A stretch of DNA of 63,629 bases, counting the filler, from Olpidium bornovanus S191 (taxonomy: Eukaryota; Fungi; Olpidiomycota), in the NCBI GenBank assembly GCA_017911155.1. It is 31 parts of 31 records of this genome, joined end to end, with 100 filler letters (N's around TTAATTAATTAA, not from the genome) between each part and the next. Parts side by side here need not be neighbours in the genome. Positions count along the whole stretch, not along the records: positions 20,467 to 24,251 come from JAEFCI010000552.1; positions 24,352 to 27,120 come from JAEFCI010007497.1; positions 27,221 to 31,053 come from JAEFCI010006798.1; positions 31,154 to 32,707 come from JAEFCI010000581.1; positions 32,808 to 33,944 come from JAEFCI010002568.1; 26 more parts are not named here. The stretch is one strand, 5' to 3'. Position numbers and translations under genes: made by a program. The notes beneath the pieces are model-generated. The model saw nothing but the letters and a program-made list of their open reading frames with translations, did no database searches and was not told the DNA's origin. How positions within the stretch are numbered: position 1 is the stretch's first letter; the number at the start of each line of letters is the position of its first letter. This document shows positions 23,890-34,044 of the stretch, one piece after another.

Positions 23890-24251
23890 ATGTATGAAGG
23901 TGGAGTTTTCGATTCCGGTGTTTACGGTCTTCGAAGTGGTCAGGTCGCATTCTGGACGAATTATGTTAATGCATGAGATACGGCTAGACTTCCCTACGGT
24001 ACGAAAATATCCGAGGAAATTGCGACGTACTCCTTAGAATGTGCACTTTTTTTTCGAGAAAAATAATGTGACATGGTTGTGGTGGCTTGCAATACCGCTG
24101 CTTCCTTCGTGCTTCCTCATGTGAAAAAGCCATGGCGCCTCGCCGTGTGTTTCGAGTGGTGAAACCGGGAGCACATATGGTTTTAGAGACTTTTGAAAGT
24201 TTTCTTGGGTCAGTTCATATCGTGGTTTCTACAACGGAAGCCATCATCCGA
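23890..24251 (+). pseudogene. murI: Degenerate bacterial-type glutamate racemase (MurI), N-terminal half, truncated by the contig end
   Basis: From ATG 23890: MYEGGVFDSGVYGLRS..NYVNA*DTARLPYGTKISEEIATYSLECALFFREK*CDMVVVACNTAAS, then after a frameshift VFRVVKPGAH..IVVSTTEA. This matches the MurI motifs GVFDSGxGG, GDTARxPYGxKS, VVACNTAS and VxPGA in order. In-frame stops at 23974 and 24064, no introns. Confidence 0.85.
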
Positions 24252-24351
24252 NNNNNNNNNNNNNNNNNNNNNNNNNNNNNNNNNNNNNNNNNNNNTTAAT
24301 TAATTAANNNNNNNNNNNNNNNNNNNNNNNNNNNNNNNNNNNNNNNNNNNN

Positions 24352-25045
24352 GGAGGTGCTGCGTCGTGCAGACACGTTCGTCCTCGCGCCTGTGTCTAGA
24401 CCTGCACCTTCGAAGAGCGCTGACGTCAGAGGGTGAGAAGAAGCGGTGGGGCCACCTACTTTTTCGCCAGCCGTGTGCTGCGGGGCCGCATGCACTTCTG
24501 TACGGCTTTCTGGCGCGTCTTGGGTGCGTTTTTCGTTGTCTTTTATGTTGCGGGGCAGGCTACGCGCGGTTGGGCTGCTGCGCGGCTGCGGCGATGGCTG
24601 TGCTGCGGCGGAGGGCGGCGCTGCGGCGGAGACGGAGGCGGAGCCGAAGCGCGATGGCGGCGACGGCGAAGGCGGAGGCGGAGCCGAAGCGCGGGAGCGC
24701 GGCGACGGCGGAAGGCGTAGCTGAAGCGCGATGGCGGCGACGGCGAAGGCGGAGCCGAAGCGCGAGTGCGGCGACGGCGAAGGCGGAGCCGAAGCGCGAG
24801 TGCGGCGACGGCGAAGGCGGAGCCGAAGCGCGAGTGCGGCGACGGCGAAGGCGTAGCCGAAGCGCGAGTGCGGCGACGGCGGGAGGGGCTGCGCGAAGCG
24901 GCAGCGGCGGGGGGGGCTGCGCAGTCAGCGGAGCCTTGGGCTCATAACCTGTCGTTTTATGCGCCTAGTTTTCTTTTATTCGGGGTGTGGAAAAAACGTT
25001 GTTTTCGTTCGGGGGTTTTCTTCCGTTTAATGCGCTCGTAACTAC
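24352..25045 (-). mobile_element. Copia-type 5' end: LTR end, PBS GGTTATGAGCCC (24938-24949) and leader with a tandem array
   Basis: The minus strand reads ...CATAAAACGACA|GGTTATGAGCCCAAGGCTCCGCTGACTGCGCAGC. The same post-PBS sequence occurs at 26624 on the plus strand. The LTR 5' boundary is uncertain. Confidence 0.7.
24634..24890. repeat. GC-rich 34-bp tandem repeat, about 7-8 copies
   Basis: Unit GGCGGAGCCGAAGCGCGAGTGCGGCGACGGCGAA, with GGAGCC at 24751, 24785 and 24819. The outer copies are more diverged. Confidence 0.9.
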
Positions 25046-25742
25046 CGTATTCTACGACACGCGCTTCACGCACCTTTTTGCCAGCGATGACGATTACCCA
25101 TCGACGCCGTGCCATGTTGCGCATCGATCGTGATTTCGATGTCGCTGTATTGGTCTCCCCGTGGTCTCGGTACTCCCGGTGCCCCTGGCTACCGTCGACT
25201 TACCACGAAATCTCCCGCTCGTCGTCTTCCGAGCATTGTTGGGCCTCGAACGGCTTCCGCACGATGACACATCGACGATTAGCCATCGTTCGATGGGGTC
25301 TCGCGGGTAACAGTTTGGCCACCTGATCCCTCGAGTTCCCACGTCGGAGGGATCACGGATTCCCGTCTTGATGGCTTCTCGTTCTTCCCATCGTCGTCCC
25401 TTGGTGGCTGGTCGAGTGGTGTTCTGGTCACTTGGTGCTTTCGATCTGCTTACCTTGCATTGAGCAGTTGCCAAGTCGTTGTCGACCAGCGCAAGTTTCG
25501 TCGACCAGCACAAGTTTTGTCCACGTCGATTAGCTCCCGTCCTGCTAGTACGCTTTTCCCTCCCGGGCAAAAAGGAGATGACGGGCTGGGTTTTTGGTGC
25601 GGCTAGCTTCCCATTCTGCCTCCATTTTTTTCTCTTTTCTCTCTCTCTCCTTCGTCTCCTCGTCGATCACCCTCCATCGTCGTTTCCGTCACCCGTCGAT
25701 TGATATCGCGCGGGGACGCGCGTCTCCGTAGAGGGGGGGGAT

Positions 25743-25860
25743 TGTAGTGGGCCCCTCTCGACGTCGACTGGGCACGTGACCTGTACCTATATAACCAGTC
25801 GGCCCCCGGGCCCACCTGAATAGACTCTGAAGTCCTTCCTCGCTTCGACGTATCACTACA
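25743..25860 (+). mobile_element. 118-bp 3' LTR (TGTAGTG...CACTACA) preceded by a polypurine tract
   Basis: Perfect 7-bp inverted termini, PPT AGAGGGGGGGGA immediately upstream and an internal TATATAA. Confidence 0.8.
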
Positions 25861-26548
25861 TACGCTTTGGGCAGACCGAACGACTGTGACGCGGACGACG
25901 GGGTTTTCGTCCGCGGAATTAATGAATGGAGCGCCGGTGGTTCTGCCGGTCGAATCTGATGTTGTGACATGGGGGGTTCTACCTTGGGCAGAAGGACTCT
26001 CGACAGAAGAGCTGCTGGCAATACGGATCAGGCAGCTTGAGCGGCAATCGTCGGATATTGAGAAAGCAGCGGAGGAAATGCGTCGGATTTGCGAACGTAC
26101 CAAGGCATACGTTGATTCGAGACGGCCGCAACGCACGGAACCGTTACGGTTGGGAAATTGGGTGTTGGTCTGCAATTCGCAGAGTGAGGTACAACATCGA
26201 GCGGAGAGGAAATTCAAAGAGAGATGGACTAGGCCGTACCAAGTAACGGCGGTTTACCCAGACACGGCTACGTACACGTTAGCAGAGCTGGACGAGGCAC
26301 ACTTGAAGACGCGCTACCCGGGAAAACGAATAAAACTCTTCTGGCGGAGAGAAGGGTTAGAGTGTGAACCGACGGTGGAGTCGACAAATCACGAGGAAAA
26401 AGCTGTGCATACAGGAAGAGAAGCAGAGGGCGTGCAAGATGATCAAGCCGAGCCATTGGATGAGGGGAAAATGATTTTCAGGTTTCTGGCCGCGAAATAT
26501 TCCAGCAAAATGTCGAATTCGTCAAAGTATCACATGTCACACACATAG
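25861..26548 (+). pseudogene. Ty3/Gypsy integrase C-terminal region
   Basis: TLWADRTTVTRTTGFSSAELMNGAPVVLPVE..TW..LPW..STEELLAIRIRQLER..LGNWVLV..KFKERWTRPYQV..YTLAELD..RIKLF is typical of the fungal Gypsy integrase tail. Confidence 0.85.
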
Positions 26549-26549
26549 A

Positions 26550-27120
26550 ATAGCTCCCGGAAGCCACTCCTCCCTTTCACTACCATACGGCGAAAATACA
26601 CAATAACAACACAAAAACCAACGGGCTATGAGCCCAAGGCTCCGCTGACCGCGCAGCCATCCACGCCCGCCGCGCTACCCGCTGCGCTCCCCGCCGCTGC
26701 GCACTCCGCCGCAGCCGTCACCGCCTCCGCCGCGCAGCCACCACCCCGCGCTTCGCCGTCACCGCAGCGCGACCGCCGCGCAACCATCGCCGCGCCCCGC
26801 GCAACCGCCACAGAACAACCATGGCCACTAGCGACGTCCTCGGTCGTCTCCGACGACTTGGGGTCAACACTGAACACAACACGCCCGACATGCAGGAAGA
26901 CTCTACTACAAGACATGAAATCGCACAGCGGGCTCCCCAGTCATACGATAAGGAACAACACCCAGGACATGGCTCTGACTCTGCTGGGTCGGTTGCGTCT
27001 GGTGGTCACCAAAAGTCCCGCGTCGACAAAAGAGCCGTCACGCACAGGGGACAAGGGACTACTGGCGCAACCAACCAATGCCAACTGGTGAGTTCCACCT
27101 ATGAAGCCCCAAGCGATAAA
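26550..27120 (+). mobile_element. Copia-type 5' end: PBS GGCTATGAGCCC (26624-26635), leader and possible gag start at 26821
   Basis: About 35 nt are nearly identical to the PBS plus leader at 24915-24949 (opposite strand). The ORF MATSDVLGRLRRLG.. runs off the contig. Confidence 0.6.
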
Positions 27121-27241
27121 NNNNNNNNNNNNNNNNNNNNNNNNNNNNNNNNNNNNNNNNNNNNTTAATTAATTAANNNNNNNNNNNNNNNNNNNNNNNN
27201 NNNNNNNNNNNNNNNNNNNNAGAGAAGCTAAATTTCTACCG

Positions 27242-30063
27242 CTACCTTGCGCACTTCCGCTGCGTGCACCGGGGAGCTTTCTTTGCCACGCTGAAGACCA
27301 CCACGGTCCGGAAGCTGCTCCCGGAAGCCTGGGGCTTCATGTGCCCCGTCCACCCCCCCGACGGCTCGCCGTGCGGCCTGCTCAACCACCTCAGCCACTC
27401 CTGCGAGGTCGTTGCCAGTCCGTCGGACGTTTCCCGTATCCCCGCCCTCCTTGCCTCCTTAGGCGTTGCCCAGACCCTGCGGTCCGCCCGAGGCCACAAC
27501 GTCACCGTTCAGCTGGACGGGAAGGTCGTGGGATGGTGCACCCCGGTGTTGGCGAAGACCGTAGCGGACGCGTTGAGGTTGTGGAAGCTCGAGGGGAATC
27601 AGGGGGTGAGTCCGTCCCGTGCCGCGGGTTGCCCGCGTTGTTTCCTTCCGTTTTCTTGACGAAACCTACCGTGTGATCAAGGTGCCGTTGAAACTGGAAA
27701 TCGGGCTCGTCCGGCCGTCCAGGGGCGGCCAGTTTCCCGGCCTGTACCTGTTTTCGGAGCCTGCGCGGATGACGCGGCCGGTCGTGCACCTGGCCACCGG
27801 CAAGACGGATTACGTGGGCCCCTTCGAGCAGGTCTACCTCGACGTGGCCTGTGCCAGCGAGGAGGCGCTTCCCGGCGTGACCACCCACCTCGAGGAGACT
27901 CCCACCAACATGCTCAGCGTCATCGCGAACCTCACTCCGTTTTCGGATTTCAACCAGAGCCCCCGCAACATGTACCAGTGCCAGGTTCGCTCTCGCGCGC
28001 GAAAGCCGAACGCGTTTTAGACCGCAATGGGATCGGGAAGACCCGCCGAGCTGACGCCCTTTTCTTCTGCCGCCGTACTCCAGATGGGCAAGCAAACCAT
28101 GGGCACGCCCGCGCAGGCCCTCGCCCACCGGACGGACAACAAGATGTACCGGCTCCAAACCGGGCAAACGCCCATCGTCCGGCCGGCCCTGCACGAGCGG
28201 TACGGCGTCGACGGCGGGCCCAACGGCACGAACGCGGTCGTCGCCGTCATCTCGTACACCGGTTACGACATGGAGGACGCCATGATCATCAACAAATCGG
28301 CGCACGAGCGCGGGTTCGGGCACGGTTCCGTGTACAAGAGCGAGTGGGTCGACCTCGGCGAACTCCGCCAGCGGCACGCGCCCATCATGCACCACTTCGG
28401 CGTCGCGCCGGGTGTCAAACGCGACGCTCTTGAGACGGTAGATGTTGACGGCCTGCCGTGAGTGTAACTTTGGCTTTTCTTTTCTTTTTTTTGGAACGAC
28501 TTCTTTTTTTTTGGAACGACTTCTATAAAGCCAAGGGCCAGGGGCTGGCCTCCCGCGGAACAGTTCCGCTTGCAACTTAACCGACGCTAAACCCCTCGTT
28601 TTGGCCCCGCAGCATCGTCGGCGTCAAGCTCGTCAACGGTTCACCGATGTACGCGTATGTCGATGACGCGACGGGCAAGACTGTGGTCAAAAGGTACAAG
28701 GGCATGGAGGATGCTTATGTTGACCAAGTCCGGCTGCTTGGTACGGAAATGTTATGAAGATACCGCCGGACGCGCTGCGCTGCGCGCAAGTCCCGCTTTC
28801 AGGCTGAATCTCCGCCCCTTCGTCGAAACGCGTTGAAACAGGAAGTGACACGGGCGAGGACGAGCTCCAGCGGATCCAGATCAAGCTGCGGATCCCGCGG
28901 CCGCCGATCATCGGCGACAAGTTCTCCTCCCGCCACGGGCAGAAGGGCGTGTGCAGCCAGAAGTATCCGGCCGTGGACCTGCCGTTTTCCGAGTCCGGGA
29001 TGCAGCCCGACGTCATCATAAACCCGCACGCCTTCCCGTCGCGGATGACCATCGGGATGTTCGTGGAGAGCATCGCCGCGAAGAGCGGCGCGCTGCACGG
29101 GATCCCGCAGGACGCCACGCCGTTCACGTGAGATGGCGTGGCGGGGGGGTTGCTCTGTTCGGGGGCCTGGTTCGACAACTACGCTTGTTACTTACTTACT
29201 CCCCGCTCGACGCACTTCTTTGTTTCTCGCTTACTTTTTTTTTTTCGTTTCTGGCGGAATCGGTTTTTTTTTCTTTCTTTTTTTTTCGCAGCTTTTCGGA
29301 GCAGTACACCGCCGCGGACTACTTCGGCGAGCAGCTGCTGAAAGCCGGTTACAACTACCACGGCAACGAGCCCATGTACAGCGGGGTGACGGGCGAGGAG
29401 TTCAAGGCGGACATCTACATCGGCGTCGTGTACTACCAGCGGCTGAGGCACATGGTGGCGGACAAGTACCAGGTCCGGACGACGGGCCCGGTGCACAACC
29501 TCACGCAGCAGCCGCTGAAAGGCCGCAAGCGCGCCGGAGGCATCCGCTTCGGCGAGATGGAGCGCGACTCGCTGCTCGCCCACGGCGTGTCGTACCTCCT
29601 GCAAGACCGCCTGATGAACTGTTCGGACTATTCGCAGGTGAGGCGGAGCGCGGCCGTTTTCCGTCGCGCCGTGCGGGCGGCCCCGTCGGCGCGCAGGGCG
29701 TTTTTTGGGGGGGGAGGCCTTTTGTCCCTTTTCCGGGGTTCCCCGGTGCCGGAGGCGTGTTTCTGTCCCTGTCCAAGTAACGCTCACCTCGCCGAGAAAA
29801 CACGGCGTTTTTTTTTGGGGGGGGGGGGCCTTTTTCTTCTTCTTTTGTGCCCGCAGGCCCACGTGTGCAAGCTGTGCGGCTCGATCGTGTCCGCCCTCAG
29901 CGTCGCGGCGACGTCGGCGTCGACCCGGCGGGAGGTCGAGTGCCGAGTGTGCGGCACGTCGCGCGGCATCGACCTGGTGGCGGTGCCGTACGTGTTCCGG
30001 TACCTGGCGACGGAGCTCATGGCCATGAACATCAAGCTGACCTTGGAAGTCACGTCGTCATAG
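27242..30063 (+). CDS. RPA135: RNA polymerase I second-largest subunit (RPA2/RPA135), 5'-partial, multi-exon
   Basis: [108 protein letters not shown] and C-terminal zinc motifs [21 protein letters not shown]. Confidence 0.97.
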
Positions 30064-30118
30064 AAACACGGAAGGGGGGGGGGGGGGGGGGGGGCCCGGG
30101 GGGGGTGGGGAAAAAACG

Positions 30119-30155
<37 letters not shown>

Positions 30156-30964
30156 AGAAGGAGAGATACGAGGTTAGGGAGGGAGTGGAAACCGCGGAGG
30201 TTGGACTGTTGTTTCAAATCCCCTTTGTATTTTTCTTTTTTTTTTTTTTTTCCGATTTTTTTTTCTGCCCCCCCCCCCGTCCTTTTTTTTTTTTTTTTTT
30301 GAACTCCCTCCCTCCCTCCATCCCTCTCTCTCTCTCTCCCCCGAAAACTGCTTACTTCTCCTTCTTCGTCTTCTTTCCTCCCTACGCCCCCGCCCCCCCT
30401 TTTTTTGTTTTTTGTTTTTTTGTTTTTTTGTTTTTTTTGGTTTTTTTTTGCGATCTCAATCGCCTTTTTTTTTTTTTTCGCGCACGCCGCACGCGCGCAT
30501 GTAAAATGTATGTATAACCAACCAACCACAAAACCCTCTCTCTTTTGGCGCGGGCGGGGGTGTGGTCTGGGCGAGAAAGATGCGGGGAAGAAGGAAGGCC
30601 AGCCTTTTTTCGTCAGTTCTTTTTGGGAAAAAAAAAAGGGGGGGGCGGGGGGAGCTGTCAAATTGTAGATCCGTAGAGCACGTGACATTTCCACGTGTCG
30701 TAAACAAAACACGTGTCGTAAAGACTCCTCCGCGGGCTTCCCCCCCTTCCCCCTAACCCCCGGCCTTTTTTTTTTTTTTGGGAATCCTCTCCACAGACGC
30801 CTTTTTTTTTTTTTTCCTCCGCAGCCCGAACCCTACGTCGCCCTGGAAGCCGCTCTCTTTTTTTTTTTTTATCCCAACGCAACCCCCGAAGTTCTGGAGT
30901 GCACCTGAAACCCCGAACGGAGAACCCCGCCTTAACCCTTACGCCTTCAAAGAAAAAAACTTTT

Positions 30965-31039
<75 letters not shown>

Positions 31040-31748
31040 CTTGGCGGCTTTTCNNNNNNNNNNNNNNNNNNNNNNNNNNNNNNNNNNNNNNNNNNNNTTA
31101 ATTAATTAANNNNNNNNNNNNNNNNNNNNNNNNNNNNNNNNNNNNNNNNNNNNGTGAATTTTTTGATTTTCTTTTTGATCTTCGCGGCTCAATCAATCAA
31201 ACCAGGTGCGAACCGAAACGAAAACAAGACCCCGCGGGCCGCAGTGTATTTCGCACTGACATTAAAAAAGTTTATTCTTTCACCAACTCCTCTGCAGAAA
31301 TTGTTCAAGGCTCTAGAAACTCCTTTTTACCGAGCAATTCGAACCATGTGGAAGGCGAAATGCACGCAACGCATTGTGAGTCCCCCCTTCTTCTCCCGCC
31401 CCCGCCCGCCAACACCACCACCAGTACGAACGCTTCTACGTTAACCGCACGGGTGGGGCGGGGCCGGGGGAGCTTCCTGAGACACATGAGGTTCGGAGTG
31501 TTTTGCGCGCGCGTTCCCCGACGCTGAGATTCGGGGTGTTATCCACTGCGGAACCCTCCTCCTCCCTCATTCTCCCTCCTTCCTTTCTCCTTTCCCCCAA
31601 CTGCTCATTTTGGGTTTTTTTTTTGAGTTGTTTGTTTTATTTTAGTTTGTGTTTGTGTGGGGAGGGCGGCGCAAGTGGGGTGGACGTCAAAAAAAAAAAA
31701 AAAATTAAAAAGAATAAAAACAAAAAAGAAAACACTACCACCACCACT

Positions 31749-31780
<32 letters not shown>

Positions 31781-31831
31781 CCCCCCCCCCCCCCCCCCCT
31801 TCGGCGCAGCGGTTTGAACGAAAGGGGCGCC

Positions 31832-32149
31832 TCACTGGCAAGGCACGCAGGCAAATTCCCGGCTCATGGCGGTGAGGAGGAGGACGAGCCCGTACGGCCT
31901 CGGCGGGCCACTGTACGTCTCGTACAGTTCGTTGTCCAGCTCCACTACGCCATGCTTTTCCAGCGCGCGGAGCTGGGCGATCTTCTGCGCCGCCGTCGCT
32001 TCGGAGGCCGGGTCCGACAGGCAGAGCGACCGCCCCGCGCAGGCGAGCAGCAGGAAGAGCGAGCCGGCCAACGACGCGCGCCACCCCGCACTCCGCCGCC
32101 TAGGCAGAGATCGCCGCCGCGCGGTCGCGCCGGCTGCTGCTGCCGCTGC

Positions 32150-32185
<36 letters not shown>

Positions 32186-32236
32186 GCCGCCTCCCTGCCG
32201 TCCCCCGCGGCGAGTCGCCGCCGCCGCCGCCTCCAT
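31832..32236 (-). CDS. Oligosaccharyltransferase subunit OST3/OST6 (MAGT1/TUSC3-like), first exon
   Basis: A poly-Ala leader and hydrophobic signal are followed by GVVELDNELYETYSGPPRPYGLVLLLTAMSREFACVPC, the thioredoxin-like CxxC lumenal domain. Confidence 0.8.
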
Positions 32237-32543
32237 GTTGCGCAACCGTCGCAGGGGTGCCGGTGCGCCCGGCTCCTTTTCCCCGCGCGGCAAACCGTTA
32301 AGGGCTCTTAATGCTTCTTTTTTTTTTGTGGGGAGGGGCGGCCGGCAGGGGAGGAGGAAGAGAGAGGGTGGTCGGTCGCGTTGGAACCGGGCTGTGGGGA
32401 AGCCGGAAGGGGGAGGGGGGAAAGATAAAAAAAAAAAAAAAAAAAAGAAAAAATTTCACTGCGGGGGGAATGAACCCCTCCCTCGCCTCCCCCCTAACAC
32501 ACCCAGGACGGGCCTGCTGCGTTTTCAAACTCCGGCCGCAATC

Positions 32544-32574
<31 letters not shown>

Positions 32575-32585
32575 GCGCTTGCAAA

Positions 32586-32707
32586 CTACCTAGCAGGTTG
32601 GCATGGAAGTCGGACGCTTCACCCCGGCAGAGGCCCTGGCGTTAGCTACCAATAAGCTAAGTGGACAAGCAAGTCTACTTTGGAGGAGCCACTCCAAGGA
32701 CTACCCA
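32586..32707 (+). pseudogene. Possible retrotransposon gag fragment
   Basis: EALALATNKLSGQASLLWRSH resembles the gag A-x3-L-x-G-x-A-x2-W motif. It is short and at a contig end. Confidence 0.3.
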
Positions 32708-33007
32708 NNNNNNNNNNNNNNNNNNNNNNNNNNNNNNNNNNNNNNNNNNNNTTAATTAATTAANNNNNNNNNNNNNNNNNNNNNNNNNNNNNNNNNNNNN
32801 NNNNNNNCCCCCCCCCCCCGGGCCGCCCCCCCCCCCCCCCCCCCCCCCCCCTTCCCCCCCAACGACCGCGGCCCAACGCGGCGCGCAACCCCACACGCCC
32901 CACACGCGCACACAACGAAAGCAAACCCTCTCTCTCTCTTACTCCGCTCCGGGCCTTCCCCCCACTAACCTCCCCCGCCCCAGACCAGACCTCCCTCGAA
33001 GCTCAAG

Positions 33008-33636
33008 ATGATGGAAGCCGCCAGCCCGCATCCGCCGCCGCCCCGGTCGCCGTCGAAAAAGTCACACACCAGGTGCGTGAGAAAAGGGGGGGGGAGGGGG
33101 GGACGAAGCGAATCAACGAATTGGTCGTTCCTTTTCGCGCTGGGCCATTTTTCCTAAGAAAAAACAACAAAAAAAAAAGAAAGGTGAAAGAACGAGAACG
33201 GAGGCCCTGGTGGGAGGGAACTCACCCCTCCCCACCCTCCTCACACTTCTTCTTCGCGCCCTCCTTCCCGTCGCCCCTCGATTCCGACTCCCCTGGGCGT
33301 TCGCGGCAAAACAAAAAAAAAATATTTAAAAGGCGAAGGAGCACCGCGTCCGGCGGCGCCGGCCTGAGCATGTCCAGCCAGCCCAGGAGCGGTGTGTACA
33401 GCTCCGGGGTGTACTCGAGCAGGATGATGGCCGCGATGCACATCCCCGGCGACAAGCACGCGCCCGCCGGCGGGCTCGCGGGGAAGGGGCACCAGCTTAG
33501 GGTCTTCGACGAGCAGGGCAACGACGTCACCCCGGTGCCGTTGCTGCCCGCCGGCGGCAAAACCCTCCCGCACAAGGCCGGCGGCGGTGGCGCCGGAGCG
33601 TCGTACCTGGACAAGGGCGGAGGCGCCGCCGGATCC
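33008..33636 (+). CDS. WDR78: Axonemal dynein intermediate chain WDR78/DNAI4 (IC138-like), N-terminus
   Basis: QLRVFDEQGNDVTPVPLL matches the conserved VFDxxGxDVTPxPL motif that I recall from the WDR78/IC138 N-terminus. Exon 1 starts MMEAASP and is followed by a GT..AG intron. Confidence 0.65.
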
Positions 33637-33875
33637 GTGAGTTTGGCACCCACACCGCCCCTTCCGCAAGCCCCCCCGCTTCCGGTGGAAGAAAACGGGG
33701 AGACGGGAACGCCCTTTCTTTTTTTTTTTTTTTTTTTTTTTTATTCCTTTTCATTTTTTTTTCTACTTCAATTTCTTTTTCCATCTTTTTTTTTGCTTGT
33801 TTTTCTTCTCTTCCCCCCCCCCCCCCCCCCCCTTTTTTTTCTTTCTTTTTTAGGGCACCGTCCCTTTTTCAGGGT

Positions 33876-33944
33876 ACCGTCTCTTTTGAGTTCGTGACCG
33901 TCTCTTTTGAGTTCGTGACGCAGATTTTAGTTCGTGACCGTCTC
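33876..33944. repeat. Short tandem repeat at a contig end (CCGTCTCTTTTGAGTTCGTGA-like)
   Basis: Two exact 21-bp copies plus degenerate copies, read directly from the sequence. Confidence 0.6.
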
Positions 33945-34044
33945 NNNNNNNNNNNNNNNNNNNNNNNNNNNNNNNNNNNNNNNNNNNNTTAATTAATTAA
34001 NNNNNNNNNNNNNNNNNNNNNNNNNNNNNNNNNNNNNNNNNNNN

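Noticed and set aside
23974-23976. TGA at the conserved Gly of GDTAR as evidence of a code-25 (TGA=Gly) donor
   Set aside because: It is a single instance, explained by one GGA>TGA change. A TAA stop and a frameshift in the same reading show general decay.
24634-24890. CRISPR-like array
   Set aside because: Units are head-to-tail with no unique spacers, there are no cas genes and the context is eukaryotic.
27345-27365. RPA135 HTPDG to HPPDG substitution as a functional variant
   Set aside because: It is a single base inside a C-run, and this assembly is error-prone around homopolymers.
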